Shown here: positions 12,155 through 25,805 of the stretch, piece by piece
Layout of the letters: the number at the start of each line of letters is the position of its first letter
How positions within the stretch are numbered: position 1 is the first letter of the stretch
Origin: Adineta vaga
Lineage: Eukaryota; Animalia; Rotifera
Assembly: GCA_021613535.1 (NCBI GenBank)
Contig: CP075496.1
Location: forward strand, 186,001-250,000
Direction of reading: 5' to 3'
Length of the DNA: 64,000 nt
Position numbers and translations under genes: made by a program
The notes under the pieces: generated by a model
The model's database searches: none
The model's input: the letters and a program-made list of their open reading frames with translations, nothing else
Told to the model about the DNA's origin: nothing

Positions 12155-13923
12155 AATTATTTACTTGAAATGTTATTTATCGTTAATCTATACTGCTCGT
12201 TTCGATTTCTAAAATACTTATAGAAGAATAAACCATAGTAGATATTACAACGATCATCGCCAATAGATAATCGAGTATATAATCACTTGAATTCTATACT
12301 TTTAGCTACTCGAACATAACATTGTGACTAAAATAAGAAGAATTTCATCTGCTTAAACTCATCACAGATTCGTCGAGACTACCAGAATTTACACGAACAG
12401 TAGTAATTACTATCTGAATGCATTTCACAATACCTATTTCTTCTACACGGATTCGATGTTAAACAATCTTTACAATTATAATTTAATTATATCGTCTTAC
12501 TCAGTTTTTCAATAGAGATAAATGAAATATATCACAAAATACGATGAGTTCTTCTATTTGAACATATATATGTTGTTTTCCTGAATATTTTTAAAACTCT
12601 CTGTTTGTTCTTTGTCACTATGACTTTTATCTCGTTCTATAGTTTGATAGATGAGTAACAACATTAAACTGATTGTATACATATGATGATGACATTTTCT
12701 ATTCCATTCTATAATTAAATAAATATAATTTTTATGTAAAATGAAACATGAGAGAATAAAAGAGATCATCATCTAAGACTTAGATAGATATCAATAAATT
12801 AAATAGGTTTACTTTTATTTAATTGTTTAACTCGTATAATAATAATAATTGATTGAAATAAATTCATTTGTTTGTCAAATTTCGTATTGATGTTCTTTTC
12901 TTTAATCGTTGAATGAAAACATCATGATCAATAATGGCATCGTCAAAAAATATTGTTTATTAGTTTATCTTTTATATTTTGAATCATCTTTATAACAAAC
13001 ATGACAAATCTTCATCGTCTTTGTTTGACTATAAAATGTCTTTATATAAGATAATGCGAGAAATTGAATATTTACTGATTCATTTCTTAATATAATTTAA
13101 TAAAAGATTTAATGAATCGAATATAAAATAACTTTTGATCATATAATAAATGTCATTTTAAGATAAGAACAAAAGAAAAGTATTACTTTGAGAATAAATT
13201 TATGATAAATTGTTTTGTCTTTAGAGATATTATCAAAATTCTTCGTATAATATTAGTAAAGACAGAATGATAGATATAAATCATTTGTTCTGTATATGAA
13301 ATTTGTTTTTATATTGCTGTCGGATAATGAATTGATTATGCAACGAAGAACAGTATGTTTTATTTTAGAAATCAGTAGAACAAAATGCAATACTCAATGC
13401 TGATGAATCAATCAGTAATGAATCTCAATGTCGATCTTTTACTGAACGTTTAGCTATGTTTTATCTTTTTATAATTATACTTTATTATATTTTGGAACCT
13501 TATCGTATAAAACATTGGATATTAGGTTTTAATTAATATTTTATTTTATTTCATGATTTATGATTTTTAATGTTGTCTCACTTACATCTATTCAAATAAA
13601 AACATGATTGCTTTTCTTTATATAAGATCTTTTTTTTAATGTTACATTTGATTATGTTTTAAATAAATATTATCTTTTCTGATTACTCATCAATTAATAT
13701 ATAATCATTTGATTATATTTCAACTTATATCATAATAATAAATATTCGATAAGATCTTTTTTCTTTCTATGTGTTATTGTGATTACATGAATGAATTGAC
13801 GGCAAATGTTATACACGTATATTATTGATATATATTTGTACATTGGCATAGAATAAAATAAAAAGATTGATTGATGTAGACATGAATTTTCTATTCTTGC
13901 CTGTACATAGTTATGTTTTTATT

Positions 13924-13968
13924 AAGGGTGTGGGTATTACTCTTCTCTTCACCCACACCCACCTTCTC
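13924..13968. repeat. Telomere-like palindromic element
   Basis: AAGGGTGTGGGT...CACCCACACCCACCTT. Confidence 0.75.
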
Positions 13969-14041
13969 GAAGTTAGAAGGAATGCGTGGAAACTGACTAC
14001 GAAATCTTCAACATCGTGGAGTAGGATGACTGCTCAAATTT

Positions 14042-16981
14042 TTATTTCAATAAATCATTTCTTGGAGTATCGACATACACAAAATGTACGATTGATTTTG
14101 GACGCTTTTTTCGTTGCTGATAACGTCGTCGTCTTAGATTTCTTCGATCTTTTGCTATGGGATCGATTTTAAACACATATCTCAATATATCCAATATAAC
14201 TATAGTAGAGATTAAACTAACAATAGCTGTTATGGCGATGTATCCAAAAGCTTTTTTAACGATAGTTTTAATAACAAGTTTTGTACTTTGAACTTCGCAA
14301 AATCGACCGGTAAAATCAGCAGCTGTACATTCACATGTGAAATTTAGTAACATCGAACGACATTGTCCATTATTTTGGCAAGTAATATTTTGACAATAAT
14401 CGATCTTCGATTCACAATGAAGACCTTCATAACTAGAATGACATTCACATTGAAATGTTGTAGGACTAGTTTCATTACAAAAACCATGATTAAGACAAGT
14501 CCACGGTTGACAAGGACGAATATCAATCTCACAATTTGAACCGATAAAACCTTGAATACACATGCATATATATGAAGACGGCGAGAGATTAGTACATGAG
14601 CCACTATTGAGGCATGGATTCGTCATTTGACAAAGATCGGTAGTAACATTACAAATGAGACCGATGTTGCCATTGGAACATGTCGGAAGATACAAAATCG
14701 ACGGCTGAGAAGCTGGTGCGGTTTGAACTAATTCAGTACTGATTTCAGTGGTTGGAGACGAAGTAGGTGATACTTCACTTGTATTTTGATTATCAATTGA
14801 AGTAGTAGGTATAGTGCTTTGTTCAGTCGAGAAAAGTAGCTGTGAAAGACTCTGTCGACAAGTAACTTGAAAATTCGGAAATAGATTAGAGGAAAGATAA
14901 TACGTGATATTTGATCCTATTTGCCGACGCGTGGCGTTAACTGTCCGTGACATATCGATCGTCGTCAGATTTCTATTGAAAAAACAATCTAATGGACAAT
15001 TGTAAAGAATTGCATTTGTTGTAATATTGCTTTTCGTAAAATTAGATGGTCCCAAACATTCGAGATTAAAAGATGAATTGAGAACTGCAGTGCAATTATA
15101 CATATTAATAATACTGAAATCAGATGGAATGGTCGAATTGCTTTTGATTGTCATATTCAACAATTGGTATGGAGTTTGTGACGCTATATGACAAAATAAG
15201 AAAATATCCGCAATATTGAAGATTTAATGTGCAAACTGATGGTGATGATATACCTTTTCCACATGCACAACAATTGACTTCTGGGAAATTGTATCTTTTT
15301 CCTAACGTCCACTGACTACCTGGAGTAAAAGTTCCACCTGTACACCATTTGTAAATAATTTCATATTCGAAACAAGTAAATCCCTTCCCAGTAGGACTTC
15401 CAGAGTATTTATTTGCCCAATCGGGTGTATCAACACAATCTATAGTTAACAAAATCAAAACATATAATACATTAGATTATAGTTTAATCAAATATACATA
15501 CTTGCTGGTATGTATCGATCTGTAGTTATTGTTGTTGTTAAATATTGAGTAAAATCATGTCGACATAACATAGAAATATTTGATGGTACTTGCATGCTTT
15601 TACACGCAAAATTGAAATCACTTGTTGTCCAATTTGTAAAATATACCAAATAATTATCTTGAGGAATTCTAATAGCATATGCTACGGATGAATTCGTTCT
15701 ATCTATAACTAATGTACAATTGAATGCGTTGAAATCATCAGCAGCAATTGTTTCAGTCAGTATGACTGGATTTGTCAATAATTTACATGTCATATTACAT
15801 GTAAGACTATTCCCGTATGTATCAATACAGAGAACATTGGTACCATTCGTATTCTCTGTTAACTCCGGAACAACTTTTGTTGATGTGTATCCTGACGATG
15901 GAACAAACCATAACGGCCATCCTAAATATACTGTCAACATTGTAAAGATGTTCATTATAGTTTAGATTTTACCTTTGCCACAACCGCAACAATTAAACTC
16001 TGGGTAACTGTAATAGGACCCCAGTGTCCATTTATAATTCGCAGTAAACGTTCCTCTATAACACCATGCATAAGTGATTTCATAATGAGAGCAATTGTAT
16101 CCGATATGCGTAGGCTTTGTATTAGTATTATTGTTTGTCCACAGTGGCGTATTCTGACAATCTAAAAAAGATGCAAATTTATTCAAAGAAAATTCATACA
16201 TGTAAAAATACATACGTGATGATACACATTTATATGTAGTTGTTGATGGTAAACATTGAACGGAATCATGTCGACATATCATTGAAGAATTCTCTGGTAA
16301 CGGTGAATTAAAACATGAAAAATTGTATTCATCACTTGTCCAATTCGTAAAAAAGACTAAATAACTATCTTCAGAAATGTCCAAAGTATATGTCAATGAG
16401 TTGTTCGTTGTCTGAACAATCAATGTACAATTAAACGAATCAAAATTATTGTCGGTTATATTTGTCAATGATATAATTGGATCTATCCATATTTTACACG
16501 TCATATTACATACATCAGAATTGCCAAGAGGATCAATACATTTCATATTACTAACACTCGAATTTTCGAGATTTGTTGTTTGTTTAGGAATCGCTTTGAG
16601 AGCTGCATGACCATCTGTTGGTAGAAACCATATTGGCCATCCTAAACACATGTTATAAACCCCGATGATCGAGAAAATCTGAATGTACCTTTTCCACAAC
16701 CACAACAGTTAAATTCAGGATAGCGAAAAGTATTGCCTCCTGTCCAATAGCCGTTCGATCCAAAGTAATCATCAGCGCACCATGATCGATTAGACTGATA
16801 GTCAGTACAAAGAAAACCATGACCATTTATCCAATCGGCAGTATCATTGCACATAGTCGCGTTCGATACTCTACGAACGAAATCATTTTGTTCATAAAAA
16901 TGAAGAAAAAAAAATACAATTTACGTACATAATCGATGGAAAGATCAAACCGATAATGATTAATGGATATTTTAAGAACAT
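14042..16981 (-). CDS. Type I membrane protein: three Cys/Trp-rich modules, Ser/Thr stalk, EGF repeats, TM, basic tail
   Basis: Signal peptide from ATG 16981 (MFLKYPLIIIGLIFPSI); three C-D/N-x3-W...WC...PExNCCxCGKG modules (~16700-16854, ~15970-16160, ~15250-15440); EGF repeats CxxxPCxNxGxC; TM AFGYIAITAIVSLISTIVIL; multi-exon. Confidence 0.75.
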
Positions 16982-17329
16982 TATTTGAGATTTTTCTCTG
17001 ACGCAGAATAGTCGTTTAGTGTTAAAATAAAATAAAACTAACAATTTTAAAGTATATACTATCACCCTAGATTGAGGATATAGTTTGCTTTTCTATTTCA
17101 TTATTTGAAGAATGTTTAACATAGAAAAATCAGTCCAACAAATCACATTATATACGGAATAAATCATTTAAAACATCGTCGAAGTAATACTAATGATTGT
17201 TTTTCTTCAGAATTTTGATAAATATTTGCAAGTTTACAATTTCTTTCATATAAAATAAATGCAAACGTCATTCAATAACCTAAATAATAGATACAACCTT
17301 AATTTCAGACGATTTTTTGTTTTGATATT

Positions 17330-17875
17330 CACCGAGGTGTACTGATTTTAACAAATGTTTTTGCATAAACATATTCCGCCGTCTCCAACTTTGAGAACCA
17401 TTGTTCGAAAGTAAAATAACTCCGAATACACTATATGATGCATGTTGTCGTCATTTTTCTTCTAATAAAGTATCTTCTGGTGATGCTTTTTCAACATCAG
17501 GATTCAACAGATGAAAAAAAAGCTTTGGAAAGAAATGAAGGTTTAATGAAACACGCTTCAGCACAATTCCATTCATTTAGCAACCAAAAACTATGAGTTT
17601 TAGATACTACGAGCAAAGCTCGTTATATAAGTCATGATATTCAAAATGAATTGATCCATATAATGAGTACTCAGATTCGTAAAAATATTTCATCTCTAGT
17701 AATCCATATTTAATTCCTTATAAATTATATTTTTCCAGTTGAATAAATGAATGTAAAGAAATAAATGGTGGAAAACAATTACGTATTATTATTTGATTTG
17801 TTTGTAATCTGAATAATCTTAGAATTGATGCTTCAAATGTTGTGAAGGAATATTTTCTTGGTTTTGTTGTGTTCC
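17330..17875 (+). mobile_element. Degraded hAT-superfamily transposase fragment (ZMYM1/DUF4371-like)
   Basis: Broken frames give DAFSTSGFNR*KKALERNEGLMKHAS, ARYISHDIQNELIHIM and VKEYFLGFV, matching hAT N-terminal motifs; stops, frameshifts and deletions. Confidence 0.7.
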
Positions 17876-18623
17876 TTGTTATAGAACATCAGTTATGTCT
17901 GTTTGTCATTAAGGCTTTCAAGTTTTTCGAAGAAAATATATAACAAAAAATATTTACCTATTCATTGTTCTACATATCGTACCTCATTCATCCTACATCA
18001 CTTATTTTGGATTAATAAAAATTGTGAGTGATCATTTAACAAGTAAGATTTCTATTTCAATTCTAAAACTTTGGAAATATTTTTGGGTGATGATTTTTTC
18101 TCAATGACATAAAAAAAACACTTTATTTTGAAACCATAAGATTATTTTTCCTTGGGAATAGTATATTGACACCTACACCTTGAAGAAGAGAAAGGTAAAT
18201 TTCTATGCTTCATTGCACGTTCGTACTTTTCCGTACTTTTCGATATTATTTAGTTTCTATGTTTATTCGAAGCATAGAAATCACGTTTTCATCCTTGAAT
18301 AATATAAACTACGTAATTAATCCTTATCGCAAAAGTCTGAAGAAAACAATGAGTTCGCTTCGTACATCTTCACTATTGAGATTCACAATTGGCAAGTATA
18401 ATTTTTATCTAACAGTAACTATATAGAAGAGCAAAACTTGTCCGATAGTATATACGTGCATTTTAAAACCTTTCATTTTATAAAGATCTAATTCAAAAAA
18501 TTCTGTTGATAAACTTTACGATGTTTTGAAATAAATCACGGCGAATATGAATTTATTTAAAAGTAGTATGATTAAAATAAAGAAATGTAAAAAGTTAGAT
18601 AGTTTATAGAGATATGTGATGGA

Positions 18624-19835
18624 TTAAGGTAAGTCCCATTCACTTTTGTTAGATGAACGACGACGACGACTTAATCCAGTATCTTCTTTTGGTATAATGT
18701 AATTGTAACCATACTTATTACCCTTATCCAAACGACCATAGATCTTCCATTCCCAAGGATATACACCCTTGTTACAAGTTAATCCAACATTTGTATAACC
18801 AGGTTCGCATTCTTTCAAACAATCTTCAGATGCTTCATCATCACCTGCTAAACATTCAGATTGATAACAACCAGCACTTGCTACTTTATATGTTGGACTT
18901 CCTGAACAAGCACGTTCGTAATCCGAATCGAACGGACTCTGTGTAGTTGGATGAGTCTTAATGCCATCGGGACCCCAAGAAAAACCTCCTTTCTTATCAG
19001 CAGCCATCCAAGCTTCATCATCACTATCAAAACTAACGAGATTGTCCCAAGTGTGCATATAATCAGCGCTTGTTTTTGGATTACGAAAGTCAGCATAATA
19101 AGCACAATTACCAGCACCGGCTGGACCAACAGAATTTTTATCATGATAAGAGCCATGAGCAATTTTCCCCACGTAGATGACTGGATGATCACCAGCACTG
19201 TCGAAACCGCGAGAACCAGCGCAACGTCCTGTACCTGAAGGAGTACAGGGAGCATCCCGTGGACCTGAGATACGTGTGTAATGACCATCGTGTTGGAAAA
19301 GAGTAACAGCAGCCACTTTACTGTTATCTTCAGTGAGAATAACCATAATATGTTCCCAATCTCCATTATGTGCCCCTTCACCATCGTAACATGGATGTTG
19401 ATAACCATAAAACCACCAATACAGAATGCGAATTTGTTTTCCATCATTACGAAGCCTATAATAGGTTGGAATGCTTCCATTACTTATTGTTTTTATTTCT
19501 GTATTTTCTTTTCGAAAGGAGCTTGACGTATCTTTCTTCATGGCATCGTAATATGTTTGAACTGACATTGGGTATCCCTTTGCAGCGCGGTCAAAACGAA
19601 GTTCTGGCGCAAATTTTTCTACATATGCACGATATTGTGCTTGTACAGCATTTCCGTCCACGCCGTCTTTTGGTTTAATGTCTAGATTGATCTTGATCGA
19701 TTTTTTAAGGTAAGCCATACGACGATTATATTGAAGTTCTTCTTCTGAACTTTCATCCGAGTCAATACCAATTGATTTTACAACCAAAAACTGCCATACA
19801 CAAATAAGCACAATGGTGAAAACTAATACATTCAT
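18624..19835 (-). CDS. Secreted Vps62-like (HxGDWE motif) protein, intronless
   Basis: 403-aa ORF; signal peptide; KFAPELRFD, YWWFYGYQ, HNGDWEHIMV, HPVIYVGKIAHGSY; Cys-rich C-terminus. Confidence 0.75.
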   Translation of the reverse strand: MNVLVFTIVLICVWQFLVVKSIGIDSDESSEEELQYNRRMAYLKKSIKINLDIKPKDGVDGNAVQAQYRAYVEKFAPELRFDRAAKGYPMSVQTYYDAMKKDTSSSFRKENTEIKTISNGSIPTYYRLRNDGKQIRILYWWFYGYQHPCYDGEGAHNGDWEHIMVILTEDNSKVAAVTLFQHDGHYTRISGPRDAPCTPSGTGRCAGSRGFDSAGDHPVIYVGKIAHGSYHDKNSVGPAGAGNCAYYADFRNPKTSADYMHTWDNLVSFDSDDEAWMAADKKGGFSWGPDGIKTHPTTQSPFDSDYERACSGSPTYKVASAGCYQSECLAGDDEASEDCLKECEPGYTNVGLTCNKGVYPWEWKIYGRLDKGNKYGYNYIIPKEDTGLSRRRRSSNKSEWDLP

Positions 19836-20266
19836 TTGAAGATTTTGTTTTAGAATATGAGTGAATGTAGGTGAAGCTATATTAATGCTCTATATATATG
19901 ATCATAATTGTACGGTGTTATTCATATCGATGATAAACACAAACACAAAAAACAAACTTGTTTTTTTAATATTTTTGCGTTGGAGAGAAAATACTTTAGA
20001 ACGTACTAAGTACGTTTATGCTTTATCCATTAGTACGTACTAAAAAATACTACCTTGGATGCATAATTACTCTTTGATGTTCTCCTTCGTTTGACCTGTC
20101 GTACATTTTACCTTGAAATATAAATAAACAATCTATTTTTGTTGATATAGAAGATTTTGATGATATATTTTTTGAATTTATTTCTTTCTTGATTAGTTAT
20201 TCAGAGCAATCAGTGTTGACTCGATTTCTTATAAGAATAATTATATTAATGAACACATTTTTCTGT

Positions 20267-22824
20267 TTAAATATCGAGTTTTACAATCATGTCTAGTGCC
20301 AAGACCTTTTCTTGTATAGTTTGTATATCTAAGTAAACCCATGAAAATTCACGAATTTCATTATACAAATTGAAAGCATCTTGTAACTGAGTACGAGCCA
20401 AATCATTCTTATTGAATGCTAAATTTATCTTTGCTAAACGTTTATTATGTATGGCTAAAATTTCCTTCTTACGAGCAATTTCATAATGTTCATCTACACC
20501 TATGACATATTTTCCAAGATCTCGATCATAAATATGGGTTCGAATAGGTAATTTCATAACATAATCGTGTAATGTACATTGATAATGAATTGCTAATTCA
20601 TAATTCGGTTGATAGTGTGTATAAAGTGTAATTAAATATCGATAAATATTTTCAATTTCATAAGCACCTGTGTATTGACGTATACCATTAGTTAATTGTT
20701 GATATAATCGAACAAGTTTTTCATATATTGAAACTCCTTTATCAAATTCATGATGAATAATATATAATCGAGCAATTTCTCGTAAAATTTTATACATCGA
20801 ATAATCTTCTGTTTCAAAGGTATCTGATATATTTTTAATACAGAGTTCATAATATTCAATACTTTTTAAACCATAATAATAATTTATATTATCATTATTT
20901 ACATTCATTTTACAATCATATAGATAAGCTAATTGTTTATATATCTTAATTTTCTCATAAATTGTACTTGTAGATCGTTCAAGAGCTGAATGATAAAAAT
21001 GAATTGCTAAATCATAATATTTATTAGACATAATTAAATCTTTCATATAAAAATCATAACAAACAGCCATATCAGAATAAATTTTTGCAATATTTCTAAG
21101 ACAATCTAATTCTTCATCATCAATATAATTTATCAATGCTAAATCATAATCATTTGAATGAATTTGATGATAAATTGCAAATGTACGATATTGAATTGCA
21201 GATATCCATTGATTATCAAATGGATACATCAATAATAATTCTTCAAATATAATATTTAATTCATCTATTGAAATATCAATCATGTCATTAAGTGTTGTTT
21301 TTGGAAGTAAATTAATACAATTCTTTAATGTTCGTTTATCATTTGCTATTTTTAAATGTGTTTCATAATCTTTAAAACTTCCTTCAAGTGTTAATTTCAT
21401 AATCCATAGATTTTCATCTAATTTATAAGTTATTTCTTTAGTATTAACTTTAAATGATGTTCCAATCATAAATAAAACTTCGGATTCAATTGGAAATTGA
21501 CTAAGATGTGATATATCTGTAAACGGATGATAGGATTTTGTTTGTAGATCAATTTCAATTTCAAATAAAACATTTTGTATGTCATCATTTGGACGTGTTT
21601 GTTCATTCAAGTAAATCAATGCACAATCACGTTTTAATGTTGTTGAAAATAAACTTTTATTTACAAGTAGATCATAAACAGCTACCGTATCGTTCTTAAT
21701 TCTTTCAATTTCAGATTTTGAAATAAGTTGACCACGATAGACAATCAACTTCGAAGTTTCTGAATTGATTCGTCTAAAATTATCATTTTCTTTAACGAGT
21801 TGTTGATATATATCTTGGAGAAAAAAACCATAGAGAAATAATAATTTAACATTTTGTTGTCGAAGTGCATTATTGAGTGAACGATAGAGAAATGTATCTT
21901 TTGTATACCATTGTATAGCATTTTCTGCTTTGTAATTCTTATTAAAATCGTCAAGAACTTTTAATTGTACGTCTTGATCTGCATAATATTTTTTTAATTC
22001 TTCAATTAATCGTTGACGACTCAAATCAGGATATTGAAGATGACACCAAAAATCAATTAAACTAATCCAAGATGATGAAAAATAGATTGTACTAGTCTGT
22101 TTCAATTCAGCTAAATTATAATTTTGTTTTTCCAAATGTAAATGTTGTTCAACATCATACGAAAGATCATTAATTAATTCACTATCATTTGTATATATTG
22201 TTTCTTTTACCTATACGATTTGATGAGAAATGAATGTTTCTTAAGAAAATTAAGAACTATAAGACAAATACTCAAATATATATACTTTGTAATGTATATC
22301 GATTCACTTTTTTTGTTATTTCATCAGTTAGTTCTACGATCTGATAGAAATCTATGCGAACTTTGAGATAAAATAGTTCATTTATACTAATCATCTTCTC
22401 TAATAGACTGAGATCTTTCAGATAATTTAAATTTAAAACCTGTCAAGTGACTTACTCTAGAATTAGATGATGTCCAAATCAACTTGGAATCTGTAATATC
22501 ATTTACAAAATCAAAAACATAAATCTTTGAAATAGATTTATGGTTTTGAAGTTTTTAAGTTAAATTTGGAAAGAATTCTCGAGAAAAAACCATAAATGTT
22601 GTAGTATTTTTTGTCTGATCAATATATTCAAGACATTTGTCAACTGTTGAGAATAATTTTGTATAATCAATAATTCGACGTAAATCTTTTATTGATGGAA
22701 TAATTGATGTATTAATACATAACCAGACTAATTGATGTGATTCAATATTTATAAATTCACGATCGAGTAAGAATGGACGAGATGATCGTTGAATATCCTG
22801 ATTATTTTCAAATTTTGTTTTCAT
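20267..22824 (-). CDS. ADP-ribosyltransferase-like + TPR protein (possible nonsense allele)
   Basis: AIQWYTKDTFLYRSLNNALR, VYRGQ, FSTT, LFEI, SQFPIESEVLF then helical TPR-like repeats; the first exon has an in-frame TAA at 22555-22557 after which the frame continues to a GT donor. Confidence 0.75.
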
Positions 22825-23350
22825 AATTCTAGTTGGAGAAAATAGGATTCGTGATTCAGAAATGGATTTTTATATTTTACAGATAAAATAAGAAAGATTG
22901 CAGCACGTGTTCTATCTTATATCGTCTTTTCAGTGAATATAAGATGTTTTTTTCCTTTTATATATTATATCAGAAGAGTATAGTGTGTGTGTACGTGCTA
23001 TGAATATCAAACTATCACGATTCGGGTTTATATTTTGTGATGATTTTCGATGAAAGAGATGTATGCGTTGATGAAACGACGCGTTGATTTATTTCTTCCT
23101 CTTAAATCGCATCGTTCTGATACAAAACACAAGCTTCTATACTCTTTCGTCAAACAGAAGAATAGGAAAGATAATACCAAAGTACATCAATATGTACTGA
23201 AGTAAAGACATAAGAAGAAACGAAAAGATAAATAGCATGCACACAGCGCATATATTTCTAGAAAACATTTTGATAATTTTCATAAGTAGGAAATATTCTT
23301 TAATCAAACAAAGGATATGTTTCAGATAAATTAAGTATCACAACGCAGAC

Positions 23351-23402
23351 TTCGATGTGGGTGTGGGTGGATGTCTTTTCTTTACCTTACACATCCACCG
23401 AA
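23351..23402. repeat. Telomere-like palindromic element
   Basis: TTCGATGTGGGTGTGGGTGGATGT...ACACATCCACCGAA. Confidence 0.7.
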
Positions 23403-23650
23403 AATATTAAAATAACATACTCAAGAACTTTTCAATTGATTGAATGTTACAAATTAATCGTTTTGAATTTTTCGAAATTATTCTAGAATAACAAAATTTC
23501 AAAACTTACGTTAGTTTAATTTTGTCTAAATATCAACTTTTCATGAGCAAAAATTGTTTCCATTAAAACTAGGCCATGCCCAATTTCATTGTATGATGTT
23601 GCTGACGAGAAATAAATACACATATTAGATCCCACCGATTGTTAAAAAAT

Positions 23651-23710
23651 TTGAGGATGAATATTGGGGTGGGATAAATTTCTATTTTATCTACCCACAC
23701 CCATACACTC
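23651..23710. repeat. Telomere-like palindromic element (degenerate)
   Basis: TTGAGGATG...GGGGTGGG...ACCCACACCCATACACTC. Confidence 0.6.
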
Positions 23711-24830
23711 TGCTTCGGTTGTCAAATTAAAACTGAATTTGAAGCAATATACACCCCTGCTGAGTCACAACCTTCCACCCTGGCTTCTGCGTTGAATGTT
23801 GTCAGCATATAGTAGGTACAGGAAATTATTTGAATATGAACGAGTTAAATCTACTTGCCACGTATCCAAGTCGAGTTTATGATTTCAAATTTGATAGTTT
23901 TACAGAACTTCTGGTTTCAAAATCATATCTTGCGCCTGTCATAAGTTCTGTGCCACCTTTCAATGTCGGAAAAGGCACTGTAGTGAGGTTTGAAAATACA
24001 CTTCCTGGTATATATTACACTGTGTAGTTTTTCCCAACCATTTGTATAAACTCAGCAATGATTCTATCATCCTCTTCACATGGAACTGTGCCGCTTGTCC
24101 ATACTCTATGCTTCATTATCCGAACCAAATCCATCGAAAACTAATACTATTCCATCGGCATATGGGAACTCTACTTGCGATTACCGAGAGACACACAGAG
24201 ATTCTTTTTAAGCTTAATGGGAAATGGGCAGAATTATGTCACTGGTGCGTTTGAAGTTTTTTCTTTGACAACAATGGTGAAAAAATCGGTGCTCGGAAAT
24301 AACTTAGCGACAGACTTATCAATGACTCTTGGTTGAATTTCTCTCACCTTTTGAAAACAGTCGCTCCTTAGCTGCACAATTTTTTGATTTAAAGGAGTGT
24401 CATATTGAATTAAATAAATTCGTTGAGAAAGCAAATCTATTTGTCTAATAGCTATTGAAGAAATTCTGATGTACAATATGTAATCGGAAATGCTGAAGGC
24501 GAATACTGCAATAATTCATAGATTGGTACGCCTTCAGGGACTAAGTTTCTGGAAAACAGAACTTGTAAGACAAAAACTGTTTGTGCTAAAAAAACGTTTA
24601 TTGATGCGCTTATATCGCACTACTTTGAAGAATCAATCACATATCACCGATCCATCACAGCTCAGAAAAAAAGGTGTTTTATGAAATTCCAAAAGATCTT
24701 CCCTCGAATACACGGGAAGATTCTTTTTTGCTTTTGTAGAAATCGGGGTTTTGAACAAAATGTCATTCCAACAATCGATGAAAATCTTTCAAACAGATTA
24801 CTTTGTCACGCAATGATCGAACTACATCGT

Positions 24831-24901
24831 TAGGGTGCGTGAATGTCTTTTTTCATCCACACCCACACTCTCACCAATACTCACAACATCCACACTCTCA
24901 A
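24831..24901. repeat. Telomere-like palindromic element
   Basis: TAGGGTGCGTGAATG...CATCCACACCCACACTCTCA...CCACACTCTCAA. Confidence 0.65.
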
Positions 24902-25805
24902 TTATTCAAAAATGTTACTAATCGAAATACTCTTTTATTTTGTTTGAGATAAAATATATCATCTTTTTTATAATATAATAATTCTACTTAGATGATGACA
25001 CACGTCAGAAAGATGAGATTAAATATAGTTTTTCTTTCAAAGTATTATGTATTATTTTTAACCCATTTTTCGTTGCCTCTGGTGAATCTAAGAAGTTTTT
25101 AACTAATGAAAATGGATGTCATAGTGGCAACCTTATATGAAAAGAAATTATATAAAAATCTTCTTTTATTCTTGTAGAAAAGTATTTTTCTTCAGTGAGA
25201 CAAAGTTAATATTTACTGAAACATATTTCATAGTACGACAATTACGGTGAACATATTTTTTCCAACTATTTCTAGGACTTTAAGATATTTCAATTGATAG
25301 AGAGTATGTGACTAGGATTGTAATACAACTAAATAGACTTAGAAAGTCCATGAACAATTATAGTCACTTTTTTATTCTATTTCTTTTATCGTTCATCTCT
25401 TCCTTTGAGAAAGGACGACAGTATCGATATATATTTGATAAGATTTTAAGTTTAAAAGTAAATTTTTACTTGATTTTTTTTAATGTTCCAAATCAGTGAT
25501 ATTTCTTTTGCATTGTTGCTTCATCGTATAATACGTCCCTCAAAGTAATCATATAGTCTAATACACTGAGAATAGCTTTCTTATTCAATCCTTCGTTGTC
25601 GACCGTAGAAGACAAATTTAATACTCTAATTCCGTAACTTATATCTATACGCGTTCTATAATAATCATCTTTCTGTATAAAACTGTATTACTTGATAATA
25701 AATTCAATTCTCTTTGTAATATATTAGATCAATAAAAATCAGTTAATTGATCTCTGCGAATTATTCAAACTGTACTTCTCTTTTCTATTACTTCAAATTT
25801 TCATT

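Noticed and set aside
12930-13535. Possible small multi-exon gene ending KSVEQNAILNADES...LAMFYLFIIILYYIF
   Set aside because: Could not build a consistent exon chain; stops in upstream pieces
18881-19678. Overlapping alternative-frame ORFs in the Vps62-like gene
   Set aside because: No motifs; expected by-products of a long coding exon
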